A DNA stretch of 64,000 bases from an uncultured Alphaproteobacteria bacterium (GTDB lineage Bacteria > Pseudomonadota > Alphaproteobacteria > CAAHEQ01 > UBA3637): contig CALCTR010000041.1 in assembly GCA_937906925.1 (NCBI GenBank), positions 27,741-91,740 on the forward strand, given 5' to 3'. Below the pieces are notes generated by a model. It searched no databases, was not told the DNA's origin, and saw only the letters and a list, made by a program, of their open reading frames with translations. Of the stretch, positions 19,866-29,985 are shown one piece after another. Both the position numbers and the translations under genes were made by a program. Positions within the stretch are counted from its first letter, which is position 1; every line of letters starts with the position of its first letter.

Positions 19866-20597
19866 ATGAATTATAAAGAGAATATATCTAATAATGACAA
19901 GAAGAAAGTTCTTAAAAGGATTAAAAAATTACAAGAACTTTTAAGGATTTTGCCAAAGCAACAACGCACCAATCTTGTTAATTTTATTAATGAAGAAAAA
20001 GAACATGGGGTCTTTTATCTTTGTGATAGGATTTATGCTCAATTAACTGATACGGTCAAATGCGTCGCTGATCCTAAATATTTTTTTTCTGAAATTTATT
20101 ATATTTCAGGAGAGAAAACCATCTATTCTCCCTACTCTGGCATTGAAAAAGACAAACACAAGAATAAAGCTTTTGAAGAAAAAATTTTTCAAGGCTTGTC
20201 TGCTTTGTTATCTCTTGATGATGAAGAACAAAAAATTCAACTCAATAAAATAATTCATCCATCGTTCTATTATACGGTTAAAAATACCGTTGTCTTCAGA
20301 TATCAAGCCCTAAAAAAATTCATAAAAAAAAAGAAAAGCACCATAAAAGATTATCTTGTAAAAAAAGCACGTCATCTTATTTTAAAAGATTACCCTGAAA
20401 CAATAAAATTAAACAGATTGTATCAACGTGCCTTATCTTCAAACACTCAAAAAGTTACAACACAAGATTTAAATTTTATTTTAGGTGAACCACAAAAAAG
20501 GCCAGAAACGCCCTTGTCTCCTAAAAAAATTTTTGTAACTCGTGAAAAACAACCTATTTATAAATTTAAGAATATCAACATACATCACTATGAATAA
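19866..20597 (+). CDS. Hypothetical lysine-rich protein with no recognisable domain
   Basis: 243-aa ORF between pgi and mutL. Its stop overlaps the mutL start. No signal peptide or TM segment. Confidence 0.4.
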   Translation: MNYKENISNNDKKKVLKRIKKLQELLRILPKQQRTNLVNFINEEKEHGVFYLCDRIYAQLTDTVKCVADPKYFFSEIYYISGEKTIYSPYSGIEKDKHKNKAFEEKIFQGLSALLSLDDEEQKIQLNKIIHPSFYYTVKNTVVFRYQALKKFIKKKKSTIKDYLVKKARHLILKDYPETIKLNRLYQRALSSNTQKVTTQDLNFILGEPQKRPETPLSPKKIFVTREKQPIYKFKNINIHHYE

Positions 20598-22485
20598 TAT
20601 AAATAACATTCGCTTACTGCCACAAAATCTGATTAACCAAATTGCTGCCGGAGAAGTTGTTGAAAGACCAGCTTCTGCGATTAAGGAATTAATTGAAAAT
20701 GCCATTGATGCCGGAAGTACCCGTATTGATGTCAAAATTCAAGAAGGAGGAAAATCTTATTTTTCCGTTACAGATAATGGCAAAGGAATGTCAAAAGACG
20801 AATTAAAACTCTGTGTTGAGCGTCATGCAACCAGCAAATTGCCAGATGATGACTTATTTCATATCAGTTATTTAGGCTTTAGAGGCGAAGCATTACCCTC
20901 CATCGGCTCTGTTTCTCGCCTTTTTATTACATCCAGACCTAAAGAAAGTGAAGAAGCTTGGTGTATTACCGTGGAAGGTGGTAAACAAAAAAGTTTTTCA
21001 CCCGTTCCAGCTCCTTATGGCACAACAGTAGAGGTTAAAGATTTATTTTTTGCAACCCCTGCCCGTTTAAAATTTTTAAAATCAACCTTATCGGAAACAA
21101 CAGCCGTTAAAGACACTATCCACCGATTGGCCATGGCATACCCACAAATTCATTTTTCACTCTCAGATGAAAAACGGCTCATTTTAAACTATGCACCAGC
21201 AAATTCTTTATTGATGCGCGTTTCTCAAATCATTTCAAAATCTTTTGATGAAAATGCCTTGGCGATAGATGCTGATTATGAAGGGACAAAACTAACAGGT
21301 TTTGTTGGTCTTCCTACTTACACCCGATCAACCAGCCAAGACCAATATCTGTTTGTAAATGGTCGTTTTGTTAAAGACAAGGTTTTAATTGGTGCTGTCA
21401 GAGGTGCTTTTCAGGGCCTTATAGGTCATGATACACATCCGGTTTTAGCTCTTTTCCTCTCCGTTCCACCGCACGAGGTTGATGTAAACGTCCATCCAGC
21501 AAAAACAGAGGTTCGCTTTAGCAACGCAGCAAAAATCAGAGGTCTTTTAGTTTCAACTATCCGTAATGTTTTAGCCCAGAATGGGCATAGAACAAATTCT
21601 GTGATTGGTATCGGAGCTCTTGAAAAAAGCATTACCAATTCTCCAAACCTATCCCAATTTACCTCATTTACGAAAACAAAATCTTACTCTTCACCAACTG
21701 AATATCTCTCTTGTCAAAATCAAAGTGGAATAAAACAAGATCCGCTGATTGATTCAAAAAACTTCTTAGCCTCACAAAATAACGAGATAATACCAACTTT
21801 TAATAAAAATCCCTTACAACAAAATATTCAGTTTAAAGAACAGGCTTTCAGCGTTAAAACCGAACCAAAAGAAATGACAAATTCCCTTGAAACTTCGGAG
21901 GATTTTTTCCCACCGCTTGGATTTGCCAAAGCCCAATTACACAAAACCTATATTGTTTCACAAACAAAAGACAGTATCATTATCACAGACCAACATGCCG
22001 CCCATGAGCGTCTGACTTATGAAAAATTAATCAAAAACAATGAGATGCTTCAAGGCCAACTTCTTCTTATCCCTGAAATCATAGATTTAAAATCCGATGA
22101 GGCCTCTATTCTACTTTCACGTGCAAACGAACTGAATAAGTTTGGTTTTGTTATAGAACCGTTCGGAACAAATACCGTTATTGTCAGAGAAATACCCGCT
22201 TTGTTTGCTAAGACTGACATTCCTCAACTTATTTATGATTTAGCTGAAACCATCAAAGAATATGATGATACCGTTTTGTTAGAAGATAAACTTAAAGACA
22301 TTTGTGCCAAAATGGCCTGCCATGGCTCCGTTAGAGCCGGTAGAGTTCTATCTGTTGATGAAATGAACGCCCTTTTACGCCAAATGGAGGCTTGTGGCAC
22401 CTCCGGTCAGTGTATTCACGGCCGTCCAACGTACATTGAACTGAAACTACCGGATGTAGAGCGTCTTTTTGGTCGGGCTAAATAG
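20590..22485 (+). CDS. mutL: DNA mismatch repair protein MutL
   Basis: Start at 'MNNINNIRLLP'. GHKL ATPase motif 'QIAAGEVVERPASAIKELIENAIDAG'. C-terminal 'ACHGSVRAG'. Confidence 0.92.
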   Translation: MNNINNIRLLPQNLINQIAAGEVVERPASAIKELIENAIDAGSTRIDVKIQEGGKSYFSVTDNGKGMSKDELKLCVERHATSKLPDDDLFHISYLGFRGEALPSIGSVSRLFITSRPKESEEAWCITVEGGKQKSFSPVPAPYGTTVEVKDLFFATPARLKFLKSTLSETTAVKDTIHRLAMAYPQIHFSLSDEKRLILNYAPANSLLMRVSQIISKSFDENALAIDADYEGTKLTGFVGLPTYTRSTSQDQYLFVNGRFVKDKVLIGAVRGAFQGLIGHDTHPVLALFLSVPPHEVDVNVHPAKTEVRFSNAAKIRGLLVSTIRNVLAQNGHRTNSVIGIGALEKSITNSPNLSQFTSFTKTKSYSSPTEYLSCQNQSGIKQDPLIDSKNFLASQNNEIIPTFNKNPLQQNIQFKEQAFSVKTEPKEMTNSLETSEDFFPPLGFAKAQLHKTYIVSQTKDSIIITDQHAAHERLTYEKLIKNNEMLQGQLLLIPEIIDLKSDEASILLSRANELNKFGFVIEPFGTNTVIVREIPALFAKTDIPQLIYDLAETIKEYDDTVLLEDKLKDICAKMACHGSVRAGRVLSVDEMNALLRQMEACGTSGQCIHGRPTYIELKLPDVERLFGRAK

Positions 22486-22523
22486 TCTTCATTCCCCTTA
22501 TTATTTTTTTATGTTTTTCTTTG

Positions 22524-22556
22524 AAAAAGATTGTTTTATACTGGACAATCTTTTTT
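22524..22556 (+). terminator. Intrinsic terminator after mutL
   Basis: Stem aaaaagattgt/acaatcttttt with a 10-nt loop, followed by a T-run. Confidence 0.6.
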
Positions 22557-22607
22557 ATTTCGTGTATAAGTTTTTCATCTGAATTTTTTAAACCGAAAGG
22601 GAATGTT

Positions 22608-25600
22608 ATGTCTGAAAAACAAGTTAAAATGCTGGATGCCAATGAAGCAGCTGCTTTAGTTGCTCATAAATTGAATGAGGTTTCAATTATTTATCCTATT
22701 ACACCATCTTCACCCATGGGGGAATGGTCTGACGCATGGTCTGCAGCAGGTATTCAAAATATTTGGGGAAAAGTACCTGATGTACTTGAAATGCAGTCTG
22801 AAGCTGGAGCCATCGGTGCCGTTCATGGTTCTTTACAAACAGGTTCCATGACCACAACATATACGGCCTCTCAAGGATTATTGTTAATGATACCCAACAT
22901 GTATAAAATTGCCGGTGAGTTAACACCGTTTGTAATGCATGTTGCAGCCCGTACCATTGCAGGACACGCTCTTTCTATTTTCGGCGACCATTCAGACGTT
23001 ATGGCTTGTCGTCAGACAGGCTTTGCCATGTTAGCCTCTAACAGCGTACAAGAAGCACAAGACTTTGCAGCTATTGCCCAAATGTCCACATTCCTCTCCC
23101 GTATTCCATTTATCCATTTCTTTGACGGATTTAGAACATCTCATGAAATAAATAAAATTACTTTACTTTCAGATGATGAGCTAAAAGAATTGATGAAAGA
23201 TATTCCGACAGATTTTACAACTAAAAATGCTTTAAACCCCGAAAATCCAAAAGTTCGCGGAACCGCTCAAAATCCGGATGTATTCTTTCAAATTAAAGAA
23301 GCAGCCAATAAATATTATGCTTTATGCCCATCGCATGTTGAAAAAGCCATGCAAAAATTTGCAGCAATTACCGGACGAAATTATTATTTGGTTGACCATC
23401 AAGGCTCAGATACAGCGGAACATGTTGTCGTTTCTATGGGATCTAGTGTTGAAACTTTGCAAGAAACAGTCAAAACTTTAAACAAAAACAACTATAACGT
23501 TGCCGTATTGGGAGTCCATCTTTATCGCCCCTTCCCTAAAGAGGCTTTTATCAATGCTCTGCCAAAAACAGTTAAATACATTACCGTATTAGACAGAACC
23601 AAAGAATCAGGTTCTAGTGGTGAACCTTTGTATTTAGATGTTGTCTCAACATTAGCCGAAGCTGTTAGTGCCGGCAAAATAGAAACGATGCCTAAAATTT
23701 TAGGCGGTAGATATGGCCTCTCATCTAAAGAATTTACACCAGCCATGGCAAAAGCTGTTTTTGATAACAAAACAAAAAATCATTTCACCATCGGTATTGA
23801 AGATGATGTTACTCATCTCTCTTTAAATTATGATGCCAACTTTGATATTGAAGGAGAAGATGTTTCTCGTTGCGTATTTATCGGACTTGGTTCTGACGGA
23901 ACGGTCGGGGCCAACAAAAACTCCATTAAAATTATAGCAGATGGAGAAGATTATTACGGACAAGCTTATTTTGTATACGATTCAAAAAAATCCGGAGGTA
24001 TGACAACATCTCACTTAAGATTTTCTAAAAAACCGATTAAAGCCCCTTATTTGATCAATAAAGCAGATTTTGTAGCCTGTCATCACACTCCATTTTTATT
24101 TAAAACGGATGTTTTGTCATTCGCAAGAAATAATGCCGTTTTCCTTATCAATACCAAAGAAACACCTGATAAAGTTTGGGATTCACTTCCTATAGAAGTT
24201 CAACAGGAAATTAAAGATAAAAATATTCGTCTTTATGCCATTGATGCCGTTGACGTTGCTTTAAAAACAGGTATGGGACGCAGAATCAACACTATTATGC
24301 AAACATGTTTCTTTGCTATTTCCGGCGTACTGGAAAGAGAAGAAGCCATTTTAAAAATTAAAAAAGCCGTTCAAAAAACATACGCCAGAAAAGGGCAGGA
24401 AGTCGTAGATGCTAATATTAAAGCTATAGATGCTTCATTAGCACATTTGCATGAAATTAAAACGGGTGAAGTAAATTCTGTTTATAAAAGACAGCCGGGG
24501 ATCCCCTCTTATGCTCCTGAATTACTGCAAAAAGTAACAGGAAAAATCATTGAAGGCAAAGGAGATTCACTGCCTGTCAGTGCTTTTGAATGGACAGCAG
24601 ACGGCACATGGCCAACAGATACAGCTAAATATGAAAAACGTCGCATTGCCAATCAAATTCCTGAATGGAATCCTGATATTTGTATTCAATGCGGTAAATG
24701 CGTTAGCGTCTGCCCTCATGCAGCCATACGTGCTAAAGTTGCCTCTCTAGATAAGCTGAAAAATATGCCTCAAACATTTAAAACGGCCGATTATAAAGGT
24801 AAGGAATTTTTGGGCGATAAATTTATGTTGCAAATAGCACCTGAAGATTGCACAGGTTGTACTCTTTGTACCAGTGTTTGCCCAGTTAAAGATAAACTTA
24901 ATCCAGAGAAAAAGGCTATCAATATGGTGCCGATTGAAAAAAATCTGGAAAATGAAATTAAGAATTTTGAATTTTTTATGTCATTACCGGATACAGATCG
25001 TACTAAACTCAGCCCCAAACAAATAAAATCCGTAGCTTTAATGCGTCCTTTATTTGAATTTTCAGGTGCTTGTGCCGGTTGTGGTGAGACACCCTACGTA
25101 AAAATGATGACTCAACTTTTTGGCGACAGACTGATTGTAGCCAATGCAACGGGTTGTTCTTCTATTTATAGTGGCAATTTACCTACAACACCTTATGCCA
25201 AAAACAATGAAGGTAGAGGACCTGCTTGGGCTAACTCTTTGTTTGAAGATAATGCCGAATTCGGGTTGGGAATGCGAACCAGTGTTGATTCTAAGTCAGC
25301 GTTTGCAAAAGAGTTGCTCGCTCAAATGATTCCGGATATTGATGAAATCCTTGTTAATTCTATCTTGATAGCTCAACAAAATACTGAAGAAGAAATTCAA
25401 GAACAGCGTATCCGTATTGATTTGTTAAAAAATAAGTTGGCTGGAATTCAAACCCCTAAAGCTAAATTATTATATGACAACGCAGATTATCTCGTTAAAA
25501 AATCCATTTGGATTTTAGGCGGAGACGGTTGGGCATATGATATCGGATATGGAGGATTAGACCACGTTTTATACTCCGGCAAAAATGTCAACATCATGGT

Positions 25601-26144
25601 TATGGACACAAATGTCTATTCAAATACAGGCGGACAACGATCAAAGGCAACCCCTATCGGTGCCTCGGCAAAATTTGCAATTGCAGGCTCCGAATTACCG
25701 AAAAAAGATTTAGGTATGATTGCAGCCTCCTCCGGTAGCGTATATGTTGCAAGTATCGCTCTGGGAGCCAAAGATATGCATGCACTTCAAGTTCTTAATG
25801 AAGCAGAAAGCTTTGACGGACCATCCCTAATCATTGCTTACAGTCATTGTATCTCACACGGATATGATATCGGTAAAAATGGGTTAGAGCATCAAAAACT
25901 GGCTGTGGAAACGGGTTTATGGCCATTATACCGTTTTGACCCACGACGCACGGCTGCAGGTTTAAATCCGTTTCAATTAGACAGCAAGCCCACTAAACCC
26001 GTCTCTGAGTTTATGGATCTTGAAACACGTTTTAAAGCGGTTAAACAATCTAATGAAGCCCATTATGAAGAACTGGTCCAAAAAGCTCAGAATCAAATCA
26101 ATCAACGTTTTAAACTTTATGAACGTTTAGCAAAAGGCGAATAA
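22608..26144 (+). CDS. nifJ: Pyruvate:ferredoxin (flavodoxin) oxidoreductase, single-chain NifJ/YdbK type
   Basis: Start at '[16 protein letters not shown]' preceded by RBS aaaggga. Internal 2x[4Fe-4S] domain ('[12 protein letters not shown]', '[12 protein letters not shown]'). TPP motif '[16 protein letters not shown]'. Confidence 0.92.
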   Translation: MSEKQVKMLDANEAAALVAHKLNEVSIIYPITPSSPMGEWSDAWSAAGIQNIWGKVPDVLEMQSEAGAIGAVHGSLQTGSMTTTYTASQGLLLMIPNMYKIAGELTPFVMHVAARTIAGHALSIFGDHSDVMACRQTGFAMLASNSVQEAQDFAAIAQMSTFLSRIPFIHFFDGFRTSHEINKITLLSDDELKELMKDIPTDFTTKNALNPENPKVRGTAQNPDVFFQIKEAANKYYALCPSHVEKAMQKFAAITGRNYYLVDHQGSDTAEHVVVSMGSSVETLQETVKTLNKNNYNVAVLGVHLYRPFPKEAFINALPKTVKYITVLDRTKESGSSGEPLYLDVVSTLAEAVSAGKIETMPKILGGRYGLSSKEFTPAMAKAVFDNKTKNHFTIGIEDDVTHLSLNYDANFDIEGEDVSRCVFIGLGSDGTVGANKNSIKIIADGEDYYGQAYFVYDSKKSGGMTTSHLRFSKKPIKAPYLINKADFVACHHTPFLFKTDVLSFARNNAVFLINTKETPDKVWDSLPIEVQQEIKDKNIRLYAIDAVDVALKTGMGRRINTIMQTCFFAISGVLEREEAILKIKKAVQKTYARKGQEVVDANIKAIDASLAHLHEIKTGEVNSVYKRQPGIPSYAPELLQKVTGKIIEGKGDSLPVSAFEWTADGTWPTDTAKYEKRRIANQIPEWNPDICIQCGKCVSVCPHAAIRAKVASLDKLKNMPQTFKTADYKGKEFLGDKFMLQIAPEDCTGCTLCTSVCPVKDKLNPEKKAINMVPIEKNLENEIKNFEFFMSLPDTDRTKLSPKQIKSVALMRPLFEFSGACAGCGETPYVKMMTQLFGDRLIVANATGCSSIYSGNLPTTPYAKNNEGRGPAWANSLFEDNAEFGLGMRTSVDSKSAFAKELLAQMIPDIDEILVNSILIAQQNTEEEIQEQRIRIDLLKNKLAGIQTPKAKLLYDNADYLVKKSIWILGGDGWAYDIGYGGLDHVLYSGKNVNIMVMDTNVYSNTGGQRSKATPIGASAKFAIAGSELPKKDLGMIAASSGSVYVASIALGAKDMHALQVLNEAESFDGPSLIIAYSHCISHGYDIGKNGLEHQKLAVETGLWPLYRFDPRRTAAGLNPFQLDSKPTKPVSEFMDLETRFKAVKQSNEAHYEELVQKAQNQINQRFKLYERLAKGE

Positions 26145-26169
26145 TTTAAATTATTGTAGAGGAAATAAC

Positions 26170-28674
26170 ATGGCTGAATATAATCATCTTAACATTGAAA
26201 AAAAATGGCAAAAATATTGGGAAGACAATAAAACTTTTAAAGCTGAAATTGATAAAACAAAAAAGAAGTTTTATGTCTTGGATATGTTCCCCTATCCGTC
26301 CGGTGCCGGTTTGCATGTCGGACATGCTGAAAACTACACTATTTCAGATATCGTTTCTCGGTTTAAACGCATGCAAGGTTATAATGTTTTGCATCCAATG
26401 GGATGGGACGCCTTTGGTTTACCGGCTGAACGTTATGCCGAACGGGCCGGGATGCATCCGGCAGACGTTGTTAAAATGAACGCCGATAAGTTTCGCTCTC
26501 AATTAAAAGCCATCGGTTTTTCATATGATTGGGATAGAGAAATAAATACAACAGATCCGTCGTATTATAAATGGACCCAATGGATTTTTAAAATTTTGTT
26601 TGATAAGGGCTTAGCTTATGAAGTAACAACACCGGTAAATTGGTGTCCTAAATTGGGAACTGTATTGGCCAATGAAGAGGTAAAAGACGGCAAATACGTT
26701 GAAACAGGTGATGAAGTTATTCGTAAACCCATGCGTCAATGGATGCTGAAAATTACCGCCTATGCTGAAAAGTTATTAGAAGGACTTGATAAAGTTGATT
26801 GGCCGGAAAGTATCAAAACCATGCAACGCGAATGGATTGGTAAATCAACAGGTGCAGATGTCAAATTTAAAATTGACGGCAAAAATATTGAATTCACCGT
26901 ATACACAACCAGACCGGATACCCTATTTGGAGCAACATACTGCGTTCTAGCACCGGAACACGCTTTGGTTAAAGAGATTATGACTTCTGATCAAGAAGAG
27001 AAAGTTCTTGCCTATATTGAACAGGCCTCTAAAAAATCCACACAAGATCGCCTTGCCGAAGCTAAAGAGAAAACAGGTGTTTTTACAGGAGCTTATGCTA
27101 TCAATCCAGTTAATGGGGATAAAATACCGGTTTATATTTCCGATTATGTCTTAGGCGATTACGGCTATGGTGCTATTATGGCTGTTCCGGCTCATGACCA
27201 ACGAGACTATGATTTTGCCAAAGCATTTAATATTGAAATAAAAGAAGTTATTAAAGGTGGAGATATTACTAAAGAGGCTTATGAAGGTGATGGACCGCTT
27301 GTTAATTCTTCTTTCTTAAATGGTTTACATGTTAAGGAATCAAAAGAAAAAATGATTGCTTGGTTAGAAGAGCGAAATCTCGGTAAAGGAACCGTTAATT
27401 ATAAACTCAGAGATTGGCTCTTTGCCCGTCAACGTTATTGGGGAGAACCGTTCCCTATTATTCACACCGAAGATGGAACAATTAAATCTTTGCCCGAAAA
27501 AGATTTACCTGTTTTATTACCGCCATTGGCTCAATTTAAACCGACTGAAGATGGCGAACCACCTTTAGCACGGGTTGAAGATTGGGTTAATATAACTGAT
27601 GAAGAAACCGGTAAACCGGCAAAAAGAGAGACAAATACCATGCCTCAATGGGCAGGATCTTCTTGGTATTTCTTACGCTACTGTGATCCGCACAATGATA
27701 AAGAAGCATGGAGTAAAGAGGCTGATTCATACTGGATGCCAGTTGATGTTTATGTTGGTGGTGTTGAACATGCCGTATTGCATCTTTTATATGCACGCTT
27801 TTGGCAAAAAGTTTTATTTGATGCCGGTCTTGTTTCTTGTGATGAACCATTTAAAAAACTTGTCAATCAAGGAATGGTATTGGCTTATTCATACCGAGAT
27901 GATAATGGTAAATATTATTATCCCAAAGAAGTTGAACGCAAAGGGAATGATTGGTTTGTTAAAGAAAGCGGTGTAAAAGTAAATACACAGGTAGAAAAAA
28001 TGAGTAAATCCCGTTACAATGTTGTTAATCCGGATGATGTCATCAATGACTATGGTGCGGATTCAATGCGTTTATATGAAATGTTTATGGGTCCGATTGA
28101 AGCAGAAAAACCTTGGGCTGATGACGGTATCAATGGTGTTAATCGTTTTATCAAACGGTTCTGGAATGTTTTTGAAATGCCTAATAAGATTCAAGAAACC
28201 GGCTCCATTGAATTGACAAAACTGATGCATAAAACAATTAAAGGCGTAACCGAAGACATGGAAAAAATGCTTTATAACACATCTATTGCCAAATTAATGG
28301 AATTTATCAATGCCGTCTATAAATCAACAGAGCCGGTTTCCAAAGCCGATATGGAAAAATTTGTTCTCTTATTGGCTCCACTCGCTCCTCATGTTGCTGA
28401 AGAATTATGGGAAAGATTGGGCCACACAAAGTCTTTGGCTTACGAACCATGGCCAACTTATGATGAAACGATGACGCAGTCTGAAGAAATGGATATTGTC
28501 GTTCAAATTATGGGTAAAAAGAGAGGCATTATCACCGTTCCTGTTTCTACATCAAAAGAAGAGATTATTCGGTTGGCAAAAGAGACAGAGGGAGCTAAAA
28601 ACTTTATGACAGGTAAAGAGATTTTAAAGGAAATTTATGTTCCAAATCGTCTTGTAAACTTTGTCATAAAATAA
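26170..28674 (+). CDS. leuS: Leucine--tRNA ligase
   Basis: 'HVGH' (HIGH) and 'KMSKS' class I signatures; 834 aa. Confidence 0.95.
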   Translation: MAEYNHLNIEKKWQKYWEDNKTFKAEIDKTKKKFYVLDMFPYPSGAGLHVGHAENYTISDIVSRFKRMQGYNVLHPMGWDAFGLPAERYAERAGMHPADVVKMNADKFRSQLKAIGFSYDWDREINTTDPSYYKWTQWIFKILFDKGLAYEVTTPVNWCPKLGTVLANEEVKDGKYVETGDEVIRKPMRQWMLKITAYAEKLLEGLDKVDWPESIKTMQREWIGKSTGADVKFKIDGKNIEFTVYTTRPDTLFGATYCVLAPEHALVKEIMTSDQEEKVLAYIEQASKKSTQDRLAEAKEKTGVFTGAYAINPVNGDKIPVYISDYVLGDYGYGAIMAVPAHDQRDYDFAKAFNIEIKEVIKGGDITKEAYEGDGPLVNSSFLNGLHVKESKEKMIAWLEERNLGKGTVNYKLRDWLFARQRYWGEPFPIIHTEDGTIKSLPEKDLPVLLPPLAQFKPTEDGEPPLARVEDWVNITDEETGKPAKRETNTMPQWAGSSWYFLRYCDPHNDKEAWSKEADSYWMPVDVYVGGVEHAVLHLLYARFWQKVLFDAGLVSCDEPFKKLVNQGMVLAYSYRDDNGKYYYPKEVERKGNDWFVKESGVKVNTQVEKMSKSRYNVVNPDDVINDYGADSMRLYEMFMGPIEAEKPWADDGINGVNRFIKRFWNVFEMPNKIQETGSIELTKLMHKTIKGVTEDMEKMLYNTSIAKLMEFINAVYKSTEPVSKADMEKFVLLLAPLAPHVAEELWERLGHTKSLAYEPWPTYDETMTQSEEMDIVVQIMGKKRGIITVPVSTSKEEIIRLAKETEGAKNFMTGKEILKEIYVPNRLVNFVIK

Positions 28675-28681
28675 AGAAACT

Positions 28682-28717
28682 AAAATCCCCTGATTAAATT
28701 TAATCAGGGGATTTTAT
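28682..28717. terminator. Bidirectional intrinsic terminator after leuS
   Basis: 14-bp perfect stem aaatcccctgatta/taatcaggggattt with loop aatt and T-runs on both strands. Confidence 0.75.
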
Positions 28718-28802
28718 TATAATAATTAATCCCTATATAAAACATGAGATTTGTTGTTTTTTTATTATTTTTTTAACTTGATATTGGTTGCTATCGATTA
28801 AC

Positions 28803-28960
28803 AAAAAAACATTAGATATGTATTGTGCGATATATTGACTGAATACAGCGTATTTTATCGCCTTCCAGTCAAAAAACTGGTAGGCGAAAATATCGTCTTT
28901 CGCGACGCTTGTGGATATTAGGTTCTCACACCTAAGTCAGGCCATCAACTCTGACAGCTT
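28803..28960 (-). ncRNA. Candidate small structured RNA of unknown class; 3' end uncertain
   Basis: ORF-free spacer. A GC-enriched tract starts right after an orphan promoter. Hairpins at 28859-28886 (11 bp with one U-U), 28894-28907, 28918-28935 and 28936-28955. Possible ends are the U7 run at about 28803 or the hairpin at 28683-28714. Confidence 0.3.
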
Positions 28961-28961
28961 C

Positions 28962-28991
28962 ATTATAAACACAAATAATTAAAAATTGCAA
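28962..28991 (-). promoter_or_regulatory. Orphan sigma70-like promoter facing the GC-rich spacer
   Basis: On the minus strand: TTGCAA (28991-28986), 18-nt spacer, TATAAT (28967-28962). No CDS lies downstream on that strand. Confidence 0.45.
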
Positions 28992-29006
28992 GTTAATTAA
29001 TTGTAC

Positions 29007-29034
29007 AAAAAGGGCATCTTTCAGATGCCCTTTT
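29007..29034. terminator. Bidirectional intrinsic terminator downstream of secF
   Basis: Stem aaaagggcatc/gatgccctttt with loop tttca. Confidence 0.75.
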
Positions 29035-29053
29035 TATCACTTTAAAACAGTCC

Positions 29054-29974
29054 CTACTCTTTTGCTTTAAAAGCACCGGCAGATTCATCACCGAGCGTTT
29101 TAATATCAAAATATCTCAAAAGCGGAACAGCTACAAAAATAGAAGCAAAGGTACCAAACAAAATACCTAAGAATAATGAAAGTGAAAATCCGCGTAAGGT
29201 TGTTCCACCCATTACCAACAAGACAAAAATCATCACAAGTGTTGAAATACCTGTTAAAATGGTTCTGGATAATGTCTCATTAATACCTTGATTTAAAATA
29301 TCATCTGTTGGTTTTGCTCTGTGTTTTTTTAAATTTTCTCGGACACGGTCATATGTTACAATCGTATCATTACAGGCATAACCGGCTAACGAGAGAATAC
29401 CGGCAACAACAACCATATCAAACTCCCATCCGAATGTTGAAAATAATCCAATAACAACAACCAATGTAAAAGCCAATGAAACCAAACAACCAATAGCAAA
29501 AGGCCATTCAAACCGGAACCAAATATACACGGCAATAGCAATCAACGCTAAAATAGAAGCTAACAAACTGTTTTGTTTTAATTCCTCGCCAATTGTCGGA
29601 CCGATAACTTCAACCCTCTCATAAGTATAATCCGAACCTAAAATAGTTTTAACCTGATTAACAACCTCAGTACCTGTTTCTCCTTTTTTCGGTTGAGCCT
29701 GAATAAGTAACAACTGACCATCCAAGCCCGCTGACTGTATGGATAAATCCTTTAAATGTGAAAGTTTTTCTCTCACTGAAGAAATATCAACCGGTTTTTC
29801 AGATGACACTTCTACTAAAATACCGCCTTGAAAATCAATACCGTAATTTAATCCTTTAAAACAAAAAGAGGCAATACTGATGATAACCAATGCCAGTGAA
29901 ATAGCAAAACCGATTTTACGAATTTTTATAAAATCAAAATGATAATCTCTTTTTCTGAACAACTTTTTTAACAT
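29054..29974 (-). CDS. secF: Protein translocase subunit SecF
   Basis: 306-aa, six-TM SecD/F-family protein immediately downstream of secD. Confidence 0.9.
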   Translation of the reverse strand: MLKKLFRKRDYHFDFIKIRKIGFAISLALVIISIASFCFKGLNYGIDFQGGILVEVSSEKPVDISSVREKLSHLKDLSIQSAGLDGQLLLIQAQPKKGETGTEVVNQVKTILGSDYTYERVEVIGPTIGEELKQNSLLASILALIAIAVYIWFRFEWPFAIGCLVSLAFTLVVVIGLFSTFGWEFDMVVVAGILSLAGYACNDTIVTYDRVRENLKKHRAKPTDDILNQGINETLSRTILTGISTLVMIFVLLVMGGTTLRGFSLSLFLGILFGTFASIFVAVPLLRYFDIKTLGDESAGAFKAKE

Positions 29975-29985
29975 AATAAAACCTC

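Noticed and set aside
22521-22607. ORF-track N-terminal extension of PFOR that looks like a signal peptide ('MKKIVLYWTIFFISCISFSS')
   Set aside because: The extension runs through the mutL terminator hairpin (22524-22556). The conserved PFOR N-terminus begins at the ATG at 22608, which has an RBS. PFOR is cytoplasmic.
28918-28960. Resemblance of 'AAGUCAGGCCAUCAA' (plus strand) to RNase P CR-I, of 'GAAGCUGUCAG' (minus strand) to the M1 RNA 5' end, and of 'GUCAGG'/'CUGGAAGG' to SRP RNA helix 8
   Set aside because: The spacer is too short for RNase P RNA, and the other conserved regions are missing. No GNRA tetraloop closed by a proper stem, and no 'AGCA' loop, is present as SRP RNA would require. 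I treated these as chance matches; cmscan is needed.
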